A stretch of 64,000 bases of DNA from Alphaproteobacteria bacterium UBA2966 (GTDB lineage Bacteria; Pseudomonadota; Alphaproteobacteria; UBA2966): contig DEBC01000089.1 in assembly GCA_002348365.1 (NCBI GenBank), forward strand, positions 7,794 to 71,793. The letters are read 5' to 3'. Each line of letters begins with the position of its first letter. Positions within the stretch are counted from its first letter, which is position 1. Below, in pieces: positions 59,460-64,000 of the stretch. The notes beneath the pieces were generated by a model. The model saw nothing but the letters and a program-made list of their open reading frames with translations. It searched no databases and was not told the DNA's origin. A program made the translations under genes and the position numbers.

Positions 59460-60197
59460 CATGCCGCCATCCACGTACATGACGGAGCCTGAGATCATGC
59501 GGGCCTTGGGCGAGGCCACGAAGGCCACGAGATTGGCAACATCTTCCGGGTCTCCAAATTCCCCGGCCGGGATATGCTGCGCGGCGAAGGCGAGCTCGTC
59601 CTCCACTGTCGGGTAGCCGCGCTCGTTCTGCTCCGAATGGATACGGCCCGGTATGATGCAGTTCGACGTCACCCCGTCCTTGGAGTGCTCGCGCGAAAGC
59701 CCTTTGGACCAGGCCTGGATGGCCGCGTTGGCACACGTCGCGGCGTTGATGCCGAAAGGCTCCATGGTTCCCGTGATGTTGATGACCCGTCCGTATCCGC
59801 GCTCGATCATGCCGGGAACAAACAATTCCGACATGCGCAGTGCCGCCCACCATTTCAGGTTCATGATGTCGATCCAGACCTGCTCGTCGGTGCCGACCGG
59901 AGCCAGGACCATGGCGCCGGCATTGTTCACCAGGATGTCGAGACGGCCATGCGCATCGTCGACCACCTTCTTGAGAGTCGCACCCGCGTCATCGGCCGTG
60001 AGGTCCTGTGTGACGACCAGCGGGCGATCATGACCGGCCGCTTCGACCTCGTCGGCGAGACCATTGAGCAGATCGTCGCGCCGGGCGGTGATGATCAGTT
60101 TGCACCCCTCATCCGCGAGCACCTTCACGATCCCCGTACCGATGCCGACACTGGCCCCGGTGACAAGAGCAACCATGTCTTTGATCTGCAGATCCAT
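59442..60197 (-). CDS. SDR family oxidoreductase
   Basis: 'ALVTGASVGIGTG'. 'NNAG'. Catalytic YxxxK. 251 aa. Confidence 0.8.
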   Translation of the reverse strand: MDLQIKDMVALVTGASVGIGTGIVKVLADEGCKLIITARRDDLLNGLADEVEAAGHDRPLVVTQDLTADDAGATLKKVVDDAHGRLDILVNNAGAMVLAPVGTDEQVWIDIMNLKWWAALRMSELFVPGMIERGYGRVINITGTMEPFGINAATCANAAIQAWSKGLSREHSKDGVTSNCIIPGRIHSEQNERGYPTVEDELAFAAQHIPAGEFGDPEDVANLVAFVASPKARMISGSVMYVDGGMKRFAH

Positions 60198-60245
60198 CCG
60201 TAATCTTCCTGTGTCTTACGCCGTGACGCACTCCGTTTGCGTGAC

Positions 60246-60266
60246 GCTCCATTTGTCGCCGGTTCC
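60246..60266. repeat. 21-bp direct repeat copy A (GCTCCATTTGTCGCCGGTTCC)
   Basis: Identical 21-mer recurs at 63569..63589. Flanks also share 'CTTGCGT' and 'CTAAGT' blocks in permuted order. Confidence 0.55.
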
Positions 60267-60488
60267 ACCAGGCTGGACTTGCGTCCGCTTAAGTAGAGTA
60301 CGGCATACACTCTGTTCAAGTGTGACCGCCTAGGCTCCGAGAGCAGAACGGTTCACGGACCGCTACCCAGGACAGCTGTTGACCCAAGGTAGACATTTCC
60401 AGGGGTCACTGTCACTAGGCCAGAGCCGTCGCGAATTGCCGGCACTTTCTCGTGTGCCTATATTTCGTGCCTGCGAGGAGGACATCGG

Positions 60489-61160
60489 ATGGGGAAAATG
60501 ATACGCGGCTATCCGGCAACATCGGATCGCTCGAGAGGGTGGCTCCGCTACCTTTATCGCAAGGCGACGACGCCCGACGATTGGGACAAGAACGGCCAGC
60601 CGCACCCGCACTGGGACGACGTGACCAACGAGCCGTTGGCGTCATGGCACCGCATGGATTTGGTGAGAACCAGTTTTGCGATGCCGCTGTTGGCGAACCG
60701 CACCCCGGCATGGCGCGAAGTCTATGGCCGCATCCTGGACGAATTGGTCACTCGATTCACCAGTTACTGGATGGCCAAGGACTGGCTCGATCAGATCGGC
60801 GACGATCCGAAACGTGATCAGTACCCGGAGGAATGGTACCGGGTCTTGATCCCGCCGTTCCTTCGCGGCAACTATGACGTGCCCGGCTGGACTGCCAACG
60901 GTGTCGAGCCGTGGGGCCTGCAAAATGACCCAATTGCCGCCGACGGCGCGCTGTTCATCAAGGGTGATTTCCTGATGGTGCTGGGTTTCCATCTCTATGT
61001 CACCGGCGACGAGAAGTGGAACCGGCCCTTTGACATGATTCGTAACGGCGCCGACACGTTCTCCTGGACCCATACGGGGATCGCCGAGTACCTGTTCTCG
61101 CAGATGGCCAAACGGCCAGAGGGGATACACTGCGAGAACACCAAGATCTGGCCCATGTGA
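60489..61160 (+). CDS. linalool dehydratase/isomerase-like family protein, N-terminal part (tentative)
   Basis: 'ALFIKGDFLMVLGFHLYVTG' resembles the Ldi 'MYKGHLNLMYGLYQLVTG' block. Ends with TGA immediately followed by the ATG of the next ORF, in the same frame. Confidence 0.4.
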   Translation: MGKMIRGYPATSDRSRGWLRYLYRKATTPDDWDKNGQPHPHWDDVTNEPLASWHRMDLVRTSFAMPLLANRTPAWREVYGRILDELVTRFTSYWMAKDWLDQIGDDPKRDQYPEEWYRVLIPPFLRGNYDVPGWTANGVEPWGLQNDPIAADGALFIKGDFLMVLGFHLYVTGDEKWNRPFDMIRNGADTFSWTHTGIAEYLFSQMAKRPEGIHCENTKIWPM

Positions 61161-62033
61161 ATGGTCCGCGCGGGGCTCGGTCTGGGCCTCCACGACGCGC
61201 TCTACGGCAGCGATTTTCTGCCTGCCTTCGATGCCTTTTGGGATTATGCGAAACGGCACTACAACCGCATCGAGGGTGGCAAAATTCTTGGCTCACCTAC
61301 GATGTACTACGACCCGTTGATACCCTGCTACCATCCTATCGGTGAAGCTCACAACTTTTCGTTTGGCACGGCCCACGGTGTGATGCCGTTGTACCTTGAT
61401 GACGCGCGTGCGCTGTATGAAGACGCCATCAATAAATTGAAGTGGCGCGAGATGGCCTTTAGCGGATCTGAAAACGGAGATGGGGAGGCTGACGGGGATC
61501 CGATGGCGTCATTCGTCCTACTGATGGGTCAGTTCCTGGCCCGCGAATTCGGCGATGAGGCCCTCCACGCAAAGCTCAAGATCCGTTCAGACGCTCAAGA
61601 CGAACCGAACTGGGATCCCGAGACCGGTGAACTCACGTGGCGATTCGGGCTCGACGAGCCGCATCCGAGAGGTCAAATGAACGCGACCGCCGCCCTGGCC
61701 GATGCGGCGGGGCCCAGTGCCTGGGCCGATTTGATTCAACGGCCGCATCAGCAGAGATTCCTGGAGCCGACGGTCCATGGCGTCGATTTCCCCAAGGTCT
61801 GCCTGTCCCAGGCGAGCTACGACGCCGAGCGGCGGCTGCTGGCGATCGCAACGGACGCCGGCGCACCCAACGCGGCGGGAGAACCGACGACATTCCGCAT
61901 CACCAATGTCGATCCGGATCGCTGCACCATTGAGGCCGACGGCGTGATGTCGGACAGATGGCGCGCTGTCGAAGGGGATATAGAAGTCTCGACCACAGTC
62001 GGTGAGCACACTTTTGTCGTCCGCTTGAACTGA
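61161..62033 (+). CDS. linalool dehydratase/isomerase-like family protein, C-terminal part (tentative)
   Basis: Same frame as the upstream ORF. Together they give ~513 aa. Good coding character. Family call low confidence. Confidence 0.4.
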   Translation: MVRAGLGLGLHDALYGSDFLPAFDAFWDYAKRHYNRIEGGKILGSPTMYYDPLIPCYHPIGEAHNFSFGTAHGVMPLYLDDARALYEDAINKLKWREMAFSGSENGDGEADGDPMASFVLLMGQFLAREFGDEALHAKLKIRSDAQDEPNWDPETGELTWRFGLDEPHPRGQMNATAALADAAGPSAWADLIQRPHQQRFLEPTVHGVDFPKVCLSQASYDAERRLLAIATDAGAPNAAGEPTTFRITNVDPDRCTIEADGVMSDRWRAVEGDIEVSTTVGEHTFVVRLN

Positions 62034-62382
62034 GCCGGGTGTTCGGCACCCAGGGCCGCACGCCACTTCCACTCCTGGCTAAATCGAGCCAATTACGTAG
62101 GCCAGAGAAAGCATCAGCTTAACGGTGAACAGCAGACGTTTAGCCCGACTCTGTCTGGTTAACCCCGGAAAGCGGAGAAGAACACGGCTTGTATTCGGAG
62201 ACGGATTCTGGTTTCGGCGCACGCTGTATATCGGGTCACTGTTTCATTCCCGGAGGCATAACATATTGCCAAGGTTTTGATTGCTGCCCTACCCTGAAGC
62301 AGCTTAGTTGCCCTCCCTCGTCAACTGGGGACTGGGAGTATGCTCGCCGAGGCACCGAACCAGATTTGGATGGTGATGAACC

Positions 62383-63393
62383 ATGGCCGAAATAGCCACG
62401 GACAAAGAAGTCCGTGAAAGAATCGAGGATTGGTCGCCAGAGGTTCCAATAAAAGAACCTCCCGTTTTCGTCTGGCCGCCCAGACCAAGGGCTTTCATGA
62501 AGTATGTCTTCGGATATCCGGGCTACTTTCTGCCCCGCAACATTCAGTACATGATTCTTGCGCTTCTCACTTGGTTCTATCTGACCCCCGATATGGCGAC
62601 CATGAAGACGTTCCAGCTCGACTGGATCGCGTGGATTTATGGGCGCAACCTCGCCTTGATGTTGCTTGTCTTTGGCGGCTGGCACCTGCGCTTTTATGTA
62701 TTCAAGGCTCAAGGCACCGCATACAAGTTCAACAAGAACTGGCCGGAGCCGAAACATCGGCGCTTCCTTTTTGGGCACCAGGTCCGGGACAACATGTTCT
62801 GGAGCTTGGTTAGCGGATGCGGCATCTGGACGGCCTATGAAGTGGTGACGCTTTGGGCATTCGCCAACGCGTACATCCCGTATCTCCATTGGGAAACCAG
62901 CCCTGTCTGGTTCGTCATTCTATTCCTGGCCTTGCCATACTTAAGGGACGCCCATTTTTATCTTGTTCATCGCCTGCTGCACACGCGGGCGCTGTATCGT
63001 TCGGTTCACTATCTGCACCATAAGAATGTGAACATCGGCCCGTGGTCGGGCCTGGCGATGCACCCGGTTGAGCATTTGCTGTATTTCTCGGCGATCCTTT
63101 TGCATTGGGTCGTGATATCGCACCCGATCCATGCAATCTTCAACATCCAGGCGACCGGCTTGGTTCCGGCGATCGCTCATGCCGGGTTCGACAAGTACCT
63201 GTTTGCCGGGGAAAAGGCGCTGCCTCTTGGTCAGCGTTACTTCCATTTTCTCCATCACAAGTACTTCGAGTGTAATTACGGGGCCGATCATTCCGTGCCG
63301 ATGGACAAGTGGTTCGGCTCTCTGCATGACGGCACACCCGAAGCCGACGCCCTGATGAAGGAACGCCGCAGGAGGGCACACGCCCCAGCTTGA
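62383..63393 (+). CDS. sterol desaturase / fatty-acid hydroxylase superfamily protein
   Basis: His boxes 'HRLLH', 'HYLHHK', 'HFLHHKY' in a polytopic membrane protein. 336 aa. Confidence 0.75.
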   Translation: MAEIATDKEVRERIEDWSPEVPIKEPPVFVWPPRPRAFMKYVFGYPGYFLPRNIQYMILALLTWFYLTPDMATMKTFQLDWIAWIYGRNLALMLLVFGGWHLRFYVFKAQGTAYKFNKNWPEPKHRRFLFGHQVRDNMFWSLVSGCGIWTAYEVVTLWAFANAYIPYLHWETSPVWFVILFLALPYLRDAHFYLVHRLLHTRALYRSVHYLHHKNVNIGPWSGLAMHPVEHLLYFSAILLHWVVISHPIHAIFNIQATGLVPAIAHAGFDKYLFAGEKALPLGQRYFHFLHHKYFECNYGADHSVPMDKWFGSLHDGTPEADALMKERRRRAHAPA

Positions 63394-63568
63394 ACTTTCA
63401 CTTGAGCGCTAGGGCAACTGTAATACTCAATGACATTCTTCATTCTGAATGTCGCCTGATGGCTATCAGCGGACTTATTGATCAGATCGTCAAACTGTCT
63501 GTTTGAACTCCGGAAGCGGACTTGACGGCCTTGCGGTCAGCGGGTCGAAAGTTCAAGTCCGCTCCGCA

Positions 63569-63589
63569 GCTCCATTTGTCGCCGGTTCC
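63569..63589. repeat. 21-bp direct repeat copy B (GCTCCATTTGTCGCCGGTTCC)
   Basis: Identical to 60246..60266. Preceded by a tRNA T-arm-like 'GTTCAAGTCCGCTCC'. Confidence 0.55.
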
Positions 63590-63591
63590 GC

Positions 63592-64000
63592 CTAAGTCTT
63601 CGCTTGCGTGTATTCGCGACCATATTCGCGGGCGACGTCGATGAACCTCTCCGTCAGCACCGAGTCGTCGTCCGAGCGGCAAGCGACGCCGCAATCCATG
63701 TAAAGCTCCTGATTTGGATCCATGATGGGTACGAAGGCCGCACCCGGGGGACCGAACCGTCCCAGGGAAGCGGGACAGAGCGTCACGCCGAAGCCCGACG
63801 CGATCAACGTTACCGCGTTGTGGAGGCGGTCCACCTCTCGTACATCGTTTGGGATGAAGCCGGCCCAACGACAGGCGTAGAGGACGAGCGCGCGATGACC
63901 GGTTTCCTGGCGAGAGGGCCGAACCAGGAACGTCTCATCATGGAGCCGCCGTAAGTTGATCTCAGCATCCCCGGCCAGGGGATGGTCGGTCGACAACACG
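63592..64000 (-). CDS. LysR family transcriptional regulator (C-terminal part; gene continues past the window edge)
   Basis: LysR substrate-binding domain features ('LVLYACRWAGFIP', 'TLIASGFGVTLCP'). N-terminal HTH lies beyond 64000. Confidence 0.6.
   Translation of the reverse strand, partial: VLSTDHPLAGDAEINLRRLHDETFLVRPSRQETGHRALVLYACRWAGFIPNDVREVDRLHNAVTLIASGFGVTLCPASLGRFGPPGAAFVPIMDPNQELYMDCGVACRSDDDSVLTERFIDVAREYGREYTQAKT

Noticed and set aside
63480-63575. Possible tRNA or tmRNA fragment preceding direct-repeat copy B
   Set aside because: A T-loop-like 'GTTCAAGTCC' is present, but no 5-bp T-stem or acceptor stem could be paired. Not a complete tRNA. Kept only as a note on the repeat finding.
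1-64000. CRISPR arrays, rRNA genes, prophage or defence islands
   Set aside because: No short regularly spaced repeats. No rRNA-like conserved stretches. No phage structural, integrase, restriction-modification or toxin-antitoxin genes recognised. The window is mostly core metabolism.

Overview
High-GC (~60-65%) chromosomal segment with alphaproteobacterial (Hyphomicrobiales/Rhizobiales-like) gene order. Blocks that support this: metX-metW, then chorismate mutase-hisC-tyrC-DUF2125; argH-lptM-lysA-DUF4175; ftsE-ftsX; etfB-etfA-hbd; nrdJ; a Flp pilin at the 5' edge; one tRNA-Leu(CAA). About 65 protein genes are densely packed, with many ATGA/GTGA stop-start overlaps. I found no transposase, integrase, CRISPR array, rRNA or obvious defence cassette. 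Five things stand out. (i) Glutathione-linked genes are enriched (GGT, MAPEG, GloB, GST, ChaC, two tandem Gfa). Part of this is a compact putative oxidative-demethylation/catabolic cluster: Rieske oxygenase, RidA, GMC oxidoreductase and Gfa x2. (ii) A second accessory-like module next to tRNA-Leu holds an alpha/beta hydrolase, a Baeyer-Villiger monooxygenase, an SDR, a split linalool-dehydratase-like pair and a sterol-desaturase-family gene. It is bracketed by a 21-bp direct repeat. (iii) At least five disrupted genes are present: two in-frame TAG codons, two -1 frameshifts (each in a G5 run), and one LysR remnant. They indicate either pseudogenisation or sequencing error. (iv) A perfect 22-bp CRP-type palindrome lies in a divergent promoter, and a PAS adenylate cyclase is encoded nearby. 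(v) Several structured or repeat-rich non-coding stretches (about 11.3-11.9 kb, 30.5-30.9 kb, 59.0-59.46 kb).
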